Below are positions 23,401 to 36,910 of a DNA stretch of 64,000 nucleotides, in pieces. The stretch comes from Klebsormidium nitens (lineage: Eukaryota; Plantae; Klebsormidiophyceae): NCBI GenBank assembly GCA_000708835.1, contig DF237379.1, positions 15,213 to 79,212 on the forward strand, in the 5' to 3' direction. The notes beneath the pieces are model-generated. The model made no database searches. It was not told the origin of the DNA and saw nothing but the letters and a program-made list of their open reading frames with translations. Position 1 is the first letter of the stretch; every line of letters starts with the position of its first letter. Position numbers and translations under genes: made by a program.

Positions 23401-24849
23401 AGACTTCCCAGCCATCTGAGTTGTAAAAATGTCCAGTTTTCTTCTACTTTTAAGATCTTCAATCCGGCGGACGTGATGCACCTCTACTTGATCTTCAGTC
23501 TGGCAGATTACACAAGTTTTTCCAAGGTTTGTCTCAGTCAATTTTTAGACCTACCTGCATCCGAAACGGACAGCGTGTGGTTATGTACCCAGCCTGAAGT
23601 TGGAACCTGAGTTTCCTCACGCTCCGTTGTCATCTGCGAAGACTTTTTTTTTCATAAACTAATCACTGTTGTCGCTGACGATCCAGATTTCCGACCCCGT
23701 TAAGATGCTCTCGTCTCCCTTTCAGGAGAGCTTGTCGTCTCTCACACGGGGGTCAACCACGTGTTCGACTTTGCCCCCCTCTCGGGTGACCGCGAGCGAG
23801 TCCAGTGGGCCGCCATGTACGGCGACTGTCTGCACGAGGTCAAGGAGGTGAAGAAGGGCTACCGGGCTACGCTCACCTTCAGCATCATCCAAGAAGGAAA
23901 AGCAGGGAAGACGGACGACAGGATATGGGATCCTCGCCCTTTGAAATATGCTCGTTCGCGCGATAACTTGGCGGAGACTGGTTACAAGGTCACCTACCCC
24001 TCCTCATCAACCAGATACGAGTATCCAGAAATTGAGGTGCGTAACCAATTCTTCCCCTTGATCTAGCTTTTTCTGGTCACAATTGTCGAAGCTCCTGCCA
24101 GATGTTGCTTCCTTCAAAAACCCGTCTGTGAGCAATAAGACGTCCCTCATGCTGTCGTTAGGCGCGAACGATGATGGAAGGAGATATGCGGACGGGTCAT
24201 TACAAGAGGATTCGCTGAGACCTCCTTGCATTGATGTTGTTTTTGACAATTTCAAATATGCAAGCAAAAACGCCCTAGCTAGTTACTATTTTTCTGCTTT
24301 CAGGAGGAGTTCAGCGACGGCCCCTGGAACAAGCTGGAGGCAGAGCGGGAGGCGCAGGCCATCGTGGAGTCCCTTCGAGCGCTCGACCCGGCCCCCAAGT
24401 TCGTCACCATTCTTCTCAGCCACGACTACACGCAGGCCAACTTGCTCCGCCCCGACATTCTCAAAGGGACCGACTGGCTGCTGCACCAGGCGCTCACCCA
24501 GACATTTCCGGTGGAAGTGCTGACGGTAGTGACGCGCGACCATTGGACTATTCCGTACAGTTCTGATGAAGACTATAACGGGATGAGGGGCGCCTCCAGG
24601 TTTTCGTGCTACGCTTTCACGAAGGAGGACCTGGCTTGGCTGGTGGGGGAGGGGCCCAAGCCGGCGTACAAGTGGGAGGCGGCCGCGGCCGCGGGCCGGA
24701 CGCTGCTCGTGGCGCCGACGGCCGCGCAGAAGAAGAAGCTGGAGCAGCGAGAGAGTGGCTACTCGGGGAATCAGTACGTGGAGGGCGCGGAGTCGCTGTG
24801 CGTGTACTTTGAGGCAGCGCTGGTGATTGAGCTGGCAAAGAACGTTTGA
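20441..24849 (+). CDS. 2OG-Fe(II) dioxygenase (P4H-like, fungal/bacterial-type family) with an internal SWIM zinc finger; 7 exons
   Basis: Exons 20441-20765, 21301-21509, 22087-22245, 22484-22726, 23079-23271, 23726-24036 and 24304-24849 are in frame. Motifs: AGFGD...VVD..IRKAWE; YKINVYGEGGFFKPHVD (HxD); LVVCLPSEHEGGEL; DCLHEV..V..GYR (distal His and 2OG-binding Arg). SWIM-like motif ECECG...WCDHAVAVL. Confidence 0.85.
23410..23548 (-). pseudogene. Fragment of the HNH endonuclease domain of an organellar-type group II intron-encoded protein, inside a spliceosomal intron
   Basis: KLTETNLGKTCVICQTEDQVEVHHVRRIEDLKSRRKLDIFTTQMA matches the C-x2-C...VE-x-HHVR-x-I-x-DL...LD-x-FT-x-QMA pattern of mitochondrial intron ORF C-termini. 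The stretch is AT-rich relative to the flanking exons and truncated before the final C-x2-H-H. Confidence 0.7.
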
Positions 24850-25625
24850 TGGACGAATTGAAGTAGTATACTCTAGGCGGATAGAGACGTGGAACAGAAC
24901 TTGCAACGGGCTCGTTGACTCAGCTCATGAATAAAGAACTGACCTCTGCTCGGCCAAAGGTGATCTTGCCATTACTGTGTTGACGAATCGTGATTCCTGA
25001 GCCAGCAAAAGAAGACCATATTTGCGTGTTCCGTATATCGGAAAGGTTTAGTTGCATGCTCTGATCTCGGCTTCGTCATACTTCAGAATTGCGAGCGATG
25101 ACGCATGCAATCATGTGCTTGCGGCAGCAGGCATGGACCAAGCAAAATTGTACTTGCGGAGCTGCCGGCCGGTTGAAATCCTGGCTTCAATGTCTCATTA
25201 AGCTTGCATGTACATCCTTTCTATGGTTAGCCAGCCGGCCCGACACGTACACAGCTTGAGCATATGAAAGTATGTGCATCGTCGCCGTCGGGTCTGCATG
25301 TGTGCGCAAGCACGGCGGCCCAGATCACATATCGGTTGTGCGAGCCAGAATGGACGTGCAACAGCTCAGGAGACGGACAGAAATGCACGAAAACCATGTG
25401 CATGACCAGTCATTTGCCGCTTTACGTACCAGCTTGATACGGGACACTACTAACATGATACACTGAGTCAAGGAGGTGTTCGATATTGGAATATCTGCAA
25501 TTGTTCCGGACTTCTGCGAAGGTGGTCCAAGTGCTGCTCGTACCCCGTTTTCTGTATATGATACAAGTGATCTGACATCAAACAGATATTTTCGCCAAAG
25601 TGTCGTGCTACGAACCCAATGCTAG

Positions 25626-28285
25626 TCAACTTTTGCTCTTAACGTTCCTCGCCAATCGTTCCCGAGAGACTGCCTTCCGTTTCGAACTACCTTTGGTCAG
25701 GTCCGCCGCTGCCGAACCTGACGTGGTATCCTTTTCAGGTCCCTTTGCGGCTGGTAAACCGGCTGCTTTCGCATCCGTTGCTCCTCCGGAACCTTTACCC
25801 CGTTGACTCTTCGCGTCTCCTTTGGCGGCGCCCTTCGGAGCTGCTTTTGAAGCCGTTTTCGAAACCCCTTTTTGCCGGCCCTTTGCATCGTCCGACCAAA
25901 TTGCCCTCTCAACGTCCGAAGGCGTCCATGGCTCGCCCGTTGACTTACACCCGAGATCCTGCAGTGAAATGAACCGGCTGTTTCAACTTCGCACCGACGC
26001 GCATGGTCCCCAGCGGACACAAACGGAAAAACAAAGCATGTGTCCCTTAGGCATTTTCAATCTGGTGGTGAGAGTAGCTTGCCAGATCGTTCCCCAGCAA
26101 ACCACCGAAGAGGATACTGATAGCATCGACTAAGAAGGACTTTTCTTCCAAAAAAGCTGCTGATCAAGCGAGACTTGGGCAGTCGCAAACACCACTTGGG
26201 CAACTCGAAAGTCCGTGCAAACCCTGCAAAAGTGACCTTCGGCAACAAGATCGGGCAGAAGAGTATAACGCCAAGAAAGAAGACTCAGGTCAAGAAAGGT
26301 TGGCAGCAGGACGTGAAACTTTGCGACTTCCATGTGAAACGGCTTTCGCGAACAGCAAGACCAGAACGAGGACATAAACCGATGAACGACTCTCTCTTTG
26401 TTGTCTTCCTCTTAAGACCGTCAAAGATCGGAACTTAGCTTCAGTAAGATTGACTATTTTTGGGCCCTCCCCCGTCATGCAGTTCAACTCTGCCGCCTCT
26501 GTGGCGATAGTTTGCCCCTTCAGAAGGACCTAAACACGCTCAGCAGTGGGAAATAGAAAACGTTTCCAGCCAAAAGCACGATACTACCAACAGTCTCTCC
26601 GTTCCTTTCAACAGCCTCTCTGCTTCGGCGGCCAGGCTTTCCAGGCTCTAGTCGATTTAGTGGAATCTTTTCGCCGTCAATCAGTCTCCTTGACAGCTTA
26701 CGAGACGCCGTTCAGTGGAATTCCTCCAGTAAACTCCAAGTTTTCTAAGACAAGATGATCAAGAGTGCAGAACCAGACGAGAAGATCTTCCTTTAACGAT
26801 TTGCTCACGTCCCACAAAGGTCTTATCTTTGCAATCGTGACCAATCAGCCAAAGGTTCCAAAAATGTCTTCTATAAAAAGTCAGCCAGAGACATCCCAAA
26901 AAGTAAGTGTAACGTTTTTGCCAGAGGCGAGCCACCAAGCTCTTAAACGCAAAGGCCGCACCTTCGCTTTCGCTGTCAGTGCTTCCGCCAGTTCCGCATA
27001 CTTCTTGGGCGTATAGTCCTTGGTTCCTTTCAGCGCCGCCGCAAGCGCCTCGTCCGACATGAAAGGCGCCAGATTAGGAGAGTGCGCCGCAAGCACGGCG
27101 CTTGCCGTCGCCGGTCCAATGCCCTTGAGCTCCGACAGAATCTTGATTGCTGACTGGACGTCCGGGAGCGCCGCAAAAGCCCGTTTTGAGGTTTCGATGA
27201 TGTCAGTCTCGGCGGCATCTTTGGCGTAGCCCAGCAGTCGCGGCCTGTAGGAGGATTGGATTATAAAATTGGGCCACGAAGTCAAGGGGTGTACAGAATT
27301 TGCTTTAAAGCTCGGCAAACGGGGGGTAAAACCGAGGTTCTTTTTTATGCGACGATGGGGTGAAGAACCGTTCAGATTGGCCAAGACGACAGCGTTGACC
27401 TTTTGTTCGACTGACCCACGAGGTGGCAACACGACCTTCTGTCCAAGCAGGACAGACCCTGGTCCAGATCCTTCTCCCATTGACTGCAAGAGAGCTTCTT
27501 GGATCTACACACAGGGTTGTTATCAAAGTGATGCGAAGATTACCTCGTATGAGATGTCTGTGGCCACTTCTACTTCCTGAGAGAGTAGTCTGAGTTGCTA
27601 TGCAAAGGTGAGGGTGAAGTCAACACAAGGAAATCAAAATTGGTCGCGATATTGCGCCCCAGATGCCTCATGAAAATTCCAACAAATCGAGAAGTCAAAA
27701 GAAGAAAGAGGGGGTGCGACCAACGGCATGACAAATCCAGTGGGACACTAGATGAGAGTGGGGCACTGTTGAGGGAAAGACTTTTGGATGCGTGCAGTTC
27801 TTTCTGAGGGAACGATGTGGCATGCACAACAGTCATAAAAACTTCTCCTGGGCTTTATGTTGCAAAGGGCCAGCAAACAGCGCTGCCCCCAACTGTGCCC
27901 TCATTGCTTTTCACCAGCTTTTGGGGCGCCCAAACTCTAAGCGCGCTCCAGTGAGGACTGTCTAGATGGCACGAAACTTTTGAAGCGCAGAGTCGAGTGA
28001 CATGTAGGCAGCCCCAGGCATATTAAACCAATCATTTCAAATCCAGTCTCCTGCAACTTACCTCCACTTTCCACGGGTAAGTTTCCAGTCGACGATCTTC
28101 ACTAGCTCGTCCTTTGTGACATAGCCTGCATTCCCCCGTTCTTTAAGAGTCTTCACCAACTCAACTCTGTAAAAGTCGTCCAAGTCCACAAGGCGCTCCT
28201 TTCCTAGCCCCTGCAACCTAGCAGGATACTCATCTAGAGCTGCCTCCCACAATGCAGAGTCACTGCTCTCATACAACGCCATCAA
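25626..28285 (-). CDS. Amun-like helix-hairpin-helix (DNA glycosylase-like) protein with a K/A/G-rich basic tail; 3 exons
   Basis: Exons 28285-28062, 27244-26962 and 25958-25626 give TKDELVKIVDWKLTRGKWRPRLL...LSELKGIGPATASAVL...APFMSDEAL...KDYTPKKY...WTPSDVERAIW. Confidence 0.85.
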
Positions 28286-30893
28286 CGGGCTGGACTACAT
28301 GCAATTGTGATGCTGCCAACGTGGAACTGCTTTCCAGCTGAAAACCGAAGCCCTGGACCGCGCAGTTGGTCACAACAGTATGCCGCTTTGAGATGGGCTG
28401 AGTTGAGAGGTGCTTTTTTTGTGCTGGCGCCCCAGCTTGGGTTTACGTCAAGCGTTTGAACATTGGCACATTCCAGCTTCTTGACCTTACTTCTGAACCT
28501 TCGAGCCCTGCTGCAAGCCTCTTGCCAACCGAATGCCAAATAGCGGGCTTGACTAGGGCTAGGGTGCGCAAGCAGCATTGCACAATTGTGCGGCATTGAA
28601 TTTGTACTAGTAACTGTAGTATACAGGCTCAGCAGCATTGTACGCTGCTAACTGGAAGTTCCCGTTACCGAGAGCTTCAAACTAGCCATTACCGCTCGCT
28701 ACCTTTGGGTACTCTGAAACAGATCTCCAAAAGATCTTAGATTTGTGGCTCCACGTCGCGCGCCGTCAGCATCGAACGCCTAAAGTAGTTCCCTCAGTCC
28801 CAACGAATCTGATCGGATGGTCATGAAGCCATCACGTGCAAGGAGTCGCGATGCGGGTTCACTTTTGCCTGGCGCTTTTGCAGTTTCAACAGAAAGTTTG
28901 GTCAAGTACCCAAGCGGGTTAACTTCGTCTGTTCGCAACCACTCCCGCCACGACGTCAACAATCCTGCAACCAGGCAAAACTCATCGAGCAGCTCTTCGA
29001 TTCGTCAGCATTGGCAGTACGGTAGGTGTTGGAAGGAGCTTTGTGCAAGCGGCGGTGTGGTTACTAAACTGCGGGTTCCTGCCTTTGGCTAGCCCCCACA
29101 TTGTGTCCTTGGGTAGCTTTGCAAACCGCAAGGATGCAGTCCACCATGGCTGCCCTGTCGCAGCGGGTGAACCTTGGGGCGGGCCTGGCAAGAGCTGTGC
29201 CGCAAGCGCAGGCTTCCTGCGAGGTAATGTCTCTTCTGTCTTCATGCGAACAGTACACGCTGTGGACATAGTAGACAGCTTCTGCTGAAAGTGGTTTTGG
29301 CAGGTTCTGATCTCGCTTGGGACCAAGACTATGAACCTAGATCTGGCTCTTGCATTGGGAAATTGATGTGTCTGTACAGCACTTCTGTCCCTAGGTCTCC
29401 GGTTCAGTCAGGATCTCAGATGTGTTGCTTGTGGTGCTTACCTGTGTGAGATGCTTTGCTGAATCCGCACTGAAGAGTTGATCAGGAAGCTGGCATTAAA
29501 AGCCAGTCCGGTTTTCCTGTTGCAGGGTGCTTCGCCCGTTCGCCGATGGTCTCACAGCAATAGGAGGATTGATGCAGGTAAAATATCTCCCTCTGGCAAG
29601 TGATTGAGTGTGCTGTCTCTGCTTTCTTGAGAGCGAAGGTTTCCACTTGAGACTGTGATATCCTCTTCGAGGAGTCGGACAATGCTCGAGGTTTTGTCAT
29701 TTCTGAAGGTGATAGCTCTTTCTATGCCTTGAGCATTTAGAGGTTCAGTTTCTGTCTATTCTCTCACCTTTCAATCTGCTGGGCCCTTTCGCCTGCGCCA
29801 CTCCCCGATTGGTGTCTGTCTTCGCCTCTCATGAATCCGTTCTGTTTGCAGTTTCTGCCAAGGGGCTTGGCTTCCATACATCCTCGTCTCTCCAGGGTGC
29901 AAAGGTCAGGATTCTTCGCTTTGAACTTGTACACCTCCAGCCAGCCGGGTGAAACTTTTGGCTGCCTCGTCTTTCGTTTTGTTAGTTTTTCCATACCTGC
30001 ACGCGCGATTCAACCACTTGTAAGATCTGAGCCTGTTTGAGCTTGATGCAAATGACTAGCGAGGCAGAGCTGTGTAGGATTTACAGCGCCCCGTAACAGT
30101 ATACTAGAATGCTGATTCAGAAGGAGGACAGGTCCAAAGCTCTGGCCGTTAACATCGGAGTTCGTACTTCCGTTAATTTGTTAGATGTCATTTTGCCCCT
30201 TTTCCGTGGTCAAATAAGAAGAGGTGTCGGCATTGCTACCTCATGAAAGTCTTCAGATCAAGGCGCTTATGCCCTCCGTTGATTCTGACCTCCGAGCATC
30301 TGCCATGGTGGCACTTGGCACAACCCTTCAGTACTGTATGCATGTCATTTTTCTGGGATTTTTTGTGGCCAGCCTTGTTGCAGTCTCCAAGGGGACGGTC
30401 AACTACATTCGCTAGTCTTTTAGGGTTGTGTGAGCTCCCGCTTCTTGTACTATATCATAGTCCCCTGGTTTGCCTGCTTCTCGTATCTTGTCAAAAGTCC
30501 TCTAGTTTGGCATCTGTTTCAACGCATCTGCTGTTGCAACCAAAAGAAGCTCAACAGGTTCATGCAGCCGCCAGTCTGATGCAATTTTCTCAGAGTTTAG
30601 GGGCCTTCAAGCAGCAACTGACATATTTCTTTTCCATAAGTGCCTGCGCTGTCCTATTCATGTTCACTCAGCCGCTAAAACAGGGCGATCTTCCTTGAAA
30701 AGGTTCCAGATCCCTAAAAGAGGGGCAAAGCAAAGTTTGTTAATCGGCGATATTCATCTCGCACCAATCATATTGTGTTTTCCACATGCTCCCCATACTC
30801 TGATAGGCACGATGCTTTGAAGAAGGTGTGGAATGAAGAGTCTACACCACTTGCTCATCGGGGCTCATCGATCTGTTACTGTTCCTTTTTCCA

Positions 30894-33800
30894 GTTGGAC
30901 AGTTCACCCTCAGGCCAGCGGTTGAGGGGTCCAAAGGCAGTCAGAGCTATCGCGGCCCCTATTGCAGCGCCGGACCTTAGTGATCCTGAGGAAAGGGAAC
31001 GGTTGGCGAAGGAGTATGGTTTTGAGCAGATTGGGGCGCCAATTCCAAAGGGCGTGACGCTCAGGCAGGTGCAGAACTCGTTGCCGCCAGAGGTGAGAAT
31101 CTCTTAGCTTGATTAGGGTTCAAAAATCTGAGGATCATCGTCGCTTGCTGGCGTTACTTTTCTGAATTGGAAAAGTTTGCATTTAAAAACCAGACTTGGT
31201 TCATGGGACTAGACTTGATTCATGAAGAGTGGATTCTGCTTGTTAGAAGATCATGGTGAAGCAGATGCAGCTCTGTAGACTCCTTGGGGTCAACAGGGGT
31301 TCGAATGTGCTCTTCTAAAATACCCCCAATTTTGGTGTGGCTAGATGAAACATGCATGCATCAATCCAAGGCATCCTCTGCACATTTCGGCGCTCCTTTC
31401 TTGGCTCGTGGCGGTCTTCACTGGGGTAGTGGTTTTCCACATGAAGAGGATGAGTGTACGCAGTGAAGGGCTGGGTTGAATCCTCTGAGAACGAAGGGTC
31501 ACTCAGCGTTCAACATCATGCCAACGGGTGCTTCTTGAAAGAACTCGCCTGAAGGCGGCCTGCTGACTGGCACCAATCCAGAATCAGACCGCACTTAACC
31601 GCACTATGAAAGGGCCAATGAATGGTCACAGGACTTTTCCTCGCTTCTTTGCGCACTTTGGTGTATCACAAGTAAGCCTTTTAGCAAAGCTTCTTACATC
31701 TGCTACTGACATCTGCTAACAACTGCTAAGCAGTTCAATCCTCCATTCCCCAGGTTTTTGAGATCAACGAGCTGCGCTCGTACAGCGCCGTGCTGCTCAC
31801 CGCGTGCGCGGTCGGCGCCAGCGTGTGGATGATTGCCAACTCCCCCTGGTACCTGCTTCCCCTCGTCTATGCCTACACCTCCGCCGCCTGGACCGGGGTG
31901 AGTGGCCTTTGAGTCTGGTTACTTCCCACTTTCCTTTTCCAGTTTCAATGCAGGCGGAGCCATACGTTATTGGGATTGTGAAAAAGCTCTGGAACCTTCG
32001 AATTGACAAAAGTAGAGCAGCCCCCTCGCCTGTCTCAATCAGAATGCTCATCAGCTCCTCCTTTCGTATCAGAAAGTTGAAGGGGAGAAAGTTGAAGAGC
32101 TTACGTTTTTGATTGGTCATGCCAGCTTCATGTGGCATTGATATCTTTCCAAGTCGGGCAACTGCACTGGGTTTGGCGAGGGGCATCCTCGTATTGGAAT
32201 GTTGGATGGTGGAAATACACGTTCCTGGTGTGTCTCTGTGGTTTTTACGGTTTCTTTGCACGATTCTGTGATCCCCTCTGGATAGTCGACCCTGACGTCG
32301 CCTTTGTTCTTTGCAGCTCTTTGTCATTGGCCATGACTGCGCCCACAAGTGCTTCTCAAAGAACAAGTTGATGGAGGATATAGTTGGCACCCTCGCGTTT
32401 GCGCCCCTCCTCTACCCTTACGAGCCATGGCGCTTCAAGCACGACCGCCACCATGCGAAAACCAATATGTGAGGGGCCCGGCAGGACAGAAAGTTTTAGT
32501 CCATGTTTTTCCATTAGAGGCGACAGGCTTATGCAAGGAGCACTTTCGCAGGACACATCCATGCAGAGCAAGTCCGTGCTGTGGGGTGGGTTCAGTAGTG
32601 ATGTCACTTCAGATTCTCACTAAGTTAACAAGCGGTGCATGACGCTTCTGTACACGTCTCCGTTGGCAGGGCAGTGGGGCTGTCGAACAGCTTTATTCGT
32701 ATCCCGTTTGCTTGCACCGACGCCTCTGGTCTCCTATCCCACTACATGGAATCATGCTCTGGCGATCATCAATACTGACGGGCTTTTGCTTCCTCTTGTC
32801 AGGCTCGTAGAGGACACCGCCTGGCATCCGATTGTGCGGGAAGACTGGGAGAAGTTCCCCGGAATTGCCCAGCTGGGCATGAGGCTAGCCATGGGGCCGC
32901 TCCGACCATGGGCTTCTATTGGACACCAGTACGCAGCCAGCCTTCCGTTCTTACGCTTCCTGAATATCTTCTTCCTGGACGTTTTGAGTTGTTAAAGTCG
33001 CTTCGTTTGTTCCTTGTCCTCCCATTGGTTCAGTAGTAGGTTGATTGGAGTGACCCGTGATGAGTGTCAAACCCTGCAACAGGGAATGGTGCAGACGAGT
33101 CTCGAACGCTTAATGGCATGGTGCAAAGATCGTTCTTAACTCGTTTCCGTTGTCGTGAGGTGAAGTGGCTACAGGCCTTCAAAGGAATTGAGTCGGAAAG
33201 AGGCCGAGGTCGCTTCCTAACCGACAATCAGGGGCTTCACAATGTCAAGGGGACCAGACTTCCATTCTGTTTATCCAAGGAGAGGCGAGGGTTCTTTTGT
33301 CTTTACCCGTGACTGCTTGAGTGCGTCCGAACCGCGACTTTTGGCAAAGAAAGGCTGATAATCGTCTCCAAGATTGCCCTGTTCTTAGTCAGCTGCGGAC
33401 AGGCAGGCTAGTTCCGGTTGTCGAGACATGGATGGTCAACTCCCCTGGACCGAAATCTATTATCACCAGCAGCTTCAATCTTCTAACCAACCCGTCTCTG
33501 TGTTTCCTTAGGATTCTTTGGCACTTCGACCTCAGAAAGTTCACCGCCAGCCAGCAGAACCGCGTCAAGATTAGCTTGGCGGCCGTCACTGCTTTTGCCG
33601 CCATCGCCTTTCCGCTTATCGTTGCCCAGGCGGGTATCATGGGCTGGGTCAAATTCTGGCTGCTCCCGAACCTTGGTTTCCACTTCTGGGTAAGTCGGAC
33701 GGGGCCTGGTTTTTTGATTGTCAAGAGCCTGAGGTAATTTCATGACTGTCGAGGGCCTGATTCGAAAGGGGGAAGCTGGCTTTCCTTTTATTTTTTGGAT

Positions 33801-35714
33801 TCTTCGGCTGTGCGGTCCAGGCTGGGCTTCGACTTTGGAGTTAATCTGAATGGCACAGTCTTTTCGATCCAATTTTTGTTGGAGGTTTCTTTGAAAGTGA
33901 CAATGTTTCGGCCAACTCGACGACTCTGCTCATTGCTGCTTTCCTGATTGAGCTACCGCTTTCGAGTTGGCACACGTTAAGAATGAGGAGATGCAGACTC
34001 TTGCCTTGACTTCGAGAGACTTTTTCAATGCGTTGGCTGCCTCCCAAGAACTCCACACTTAGTCTTTCCTCATCTTTTCCCACGTGGTTCTCAAGGCGGT
34101 CTGTAAGCTATTGGTCAGTAACAGTGATTGTTCAGTAACAGTGGTCCCAAGTACTGTCCCACGTACTGGTCGAAAGTACGTACGTTTGCGACAGCTGGCC
34201 ATATCTGATGGTTTTCCTGCCCCGCAGATGAGCACTTTCACGATGGTCCACCACACGGCGCCCCACATCCCGTTCAAGGCCGCTGGCGAGTGGGACGGTG
34301 CCGCAGCGCAGCTCGGAGGCACCGTGCACTGCGACTATCCCAGATGGTGCGCCGTGCTGCTCTTTTTGCGTGTAGCTTCGAAGCTTCAGCATTTTTGCGT
34401 TTGCGCATTGCTTCCACATGCATAGCCGCCGTGACTGAAACGCTTTTGTAAGGATGCGGTTTTCCCTTCTTCGTCATTCCGAGGTCAGCCACTTCAATCT
34501 TCGTGTTTGGAGGGCGTTTGAGACAGACGACTTGCTATTGGAAAACTGGGAAACTGGTCGTTGAGGGTTAGTCTACTCCGCGAGTTCACTTACAAACTTG
34601 GCAAGCGACAAAACTCTTAGCATCTGCTTTGAGGGCGCTCCTCAGAGGCACGCTGTCGTTGACATTGAGCTTCAGGGCACATTGACAGCTGTCTGATGGT
34701 GCATGGGTACCACATGGTTAGGGTCTCTCCATGGCATCAATCTGAGACTTCAGTTTCAGGATCTATTGCCTTTTTCGCTCTGGGAACGAGCGACACATGC
34801 TCACTCCGACCTTCAGCCTTTACCACCAAGCACGTGCCGGGTTTCTGATGTGTCTTCATGTCTGCAGGGTTGAGATTCTGTGCCACGACATCAATGTACA
34901 CATTCCGCACCACATCAGCCAGAGGATTCCGTGGTACAACCTGCGCAAGGCTAACGAGTCACTGCGGGCAAACTGGGGACAGGTGGGAAGGCGGCGCACA
35001 GTTTTGTTTTTCTGCACTTGGCTTTTTGAGAGGATTCGCGCGCATTAGGCCTTTTTGGGGTTTGAAAGTGGAAATTGAGGAAGTTGGTGTGTGGTTTTCT
35101 CTTTCCGTTGCGTCATGATCCAATTCAGCAGTCGGCCTCTGCCCCCCATGTCGTTAGAGAGCATATGTGGTGTTTCAAAGGGTCCCTGACGAGGTAAAGA
35201 GCCCAACTTTTCAAAAAGGCTTTTAGTGACGAGTGCTCATGTCGGAGAGATTGGACTTTCCGTCAGTTGCCTTAAGGCTCACTCGAACAAAGACCTTCGA
35301 TTGACGGTCCACTCAGGTGCAAATTGAAAGCCGACCCAGAAACACTGCCGGTTCTGCTTAACCCTGCATGCCTCGTGACGGGTCTTGTACAGATTACAAA
35401 TGCTCTGCGTGAGCTCTCGGTGCTTTCTTTCTGCTTTGTTACCTTCTAATCTGTATAAACTAGGTGAGCGCGAAAAGCTGCTTGCAAGGGAGGAATATCT
35501 TCGTAGAGATACTCCAAACACAAAAAGCAGCCGTGATTCAACTGACTGATTTCCGCTATTGCAGTACTTGAACGAGGCGAAATGGAACAAGACGCTGATG
35601 AAGTCCATCCTCAGCGTGTGCCACATCTACGATGAAGAGAAGAACTACGTCGCTTTCGATGAGGGTGCCAAGAGCGAGGATCCGATTTTCAAGGTCGTAA
35701 GAACCGTGCTTTAG
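30894..35714 (+). CDS. FAD6: Plastid omega-6 fatty acid desaturase; the first transit-peptide exon was not resolved
   Basis: Exons encode [29 protein letters not shown] (His box 1), [14 protein letters not shown] (box 2), [62 protein letters not shown] (box 3) and [12 protein letters not shown]...CHIYD. Confidence 0.93.
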
Positions 35715-36864
35715 AGATCTTTCCCTTGGGGGGAGGTATTGTTGAACCAAACGAGTTGCAACCTCGCTTGTGGAAGCATTCAGAGTCAGGAAGTTGATAG
35801 AAAGAAGCAGCCACGAATTAGAAATTGTGTTGAAGTCAGTTTAAGCTTGTGTAAACTCCCTGCAAGTTGCACGATTGAGTTCAGAAGCATGTATTTGTAA
35901 CTTGCACTTGACAAGGTTAGTTTGCGGGTTGAGGTAGGTCGAATAACGAGAATTCTCTTCTCCAATTCTTTGCTCGGTCATTTTCCTGAGCTTGTTACAG
36001 AGTAAGTAGGTTCAAAGCTTCCAACCAATTGTTTAGAGGCGTTTCTTTCTCGGTATGGTTCCTGCCCGGTCAATCGCTCTGATCTTCATGTGGTGCCTTT
36101 TCTATGTTCAATTCAAGTCAACGGCTGTGTCTATGCATTCATGGACGGTAAACCACATAAGCTTGGGGTTGAGACTCATATAGATAGTCAGTTTTGTCGC
36201 ATGAGTGGGGACGTTGAATGGTCATGTACAACTTCGGTTCATGCAAGATTTGGAATCAAGCTGTCAATTGATTTAATCGTTTCCGACATCTATATTTTGA
36301 AGTCAGTGGAGTTAACTATATTTAGAAGCCACGGGCCCGGGGTTTGACATCTTGAAACTGTTTGTTCTCTCACGTCGAGTGACTAAAGCTTCAAAGGCTT
36401 ATGCATGATGTGTATGGTCACAATCTAACACCGTTATATATGGCCCGCGCATTGGACAGGGCGAGACATGCAGGCCAACAACGAGAGCATTTCCATTGTG
36501 ATAAAGTGAGATAATGCTTAAGTATTGAAAGTCTGAAGGATCGGTACTACAGGGCCGCGGGTCTGCAAATGACTGAATGCCAGTAGATATGTAAGAAGAA
36601 AGAAAAATGTCTCCATTGAGTTATCATTGTAGACTTTCCCAGGTAAGGTATGTAGGAATCTAAGCTAATACACTGAGAGATGAGCAATCGAGCGCAACCG
36701 GCCTGTAAGTTAGCAAGTGCAATAGATCGTGAGCCGTAGGTTGGTTGTTCTTCCATCGAACGGCTCGGAGTCCCGCATGCTATGGACTCAGCCTTTTTGA
36801 ACTTAGAGTTCCCACCGTCGATGGTGTTCTGTACCCAGTAGCAGCTTTCTGTCCGTCGATTCGG

Positions 36865-36910
36865 CGAAGTTTCGAGACGTTTTGCCGCCTTGAAAGTTCT
36901 AGAGGTCTCA
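36865..36910 (+). promoter_or_regulatory. Two heat-shock-element-like arrays upstream of HSP70
   Basis: cGAAg tTTCg aGACg tTTTg (36865-36884) and tGAAa gTTCt aGAGg tCTCa (36891-36910): alternating nGAAn pentamers about 450-490 bp before the ATG. Confidence 0.55.

Noticed and set aside
28780-29994. Possible extra minus-strand gene between the Amun-like gene and FAD6
   Set aside because: One good donor (about 29766) and an acceptor exist, but the joined frame stops early and has no recognisable motif
30224-30698. Candidate FAD6 first exon or separate ORFs
   Set aside because: A unique in-frame transit-peptide exon could not be fixed, so the FAD6 start is left unresolved
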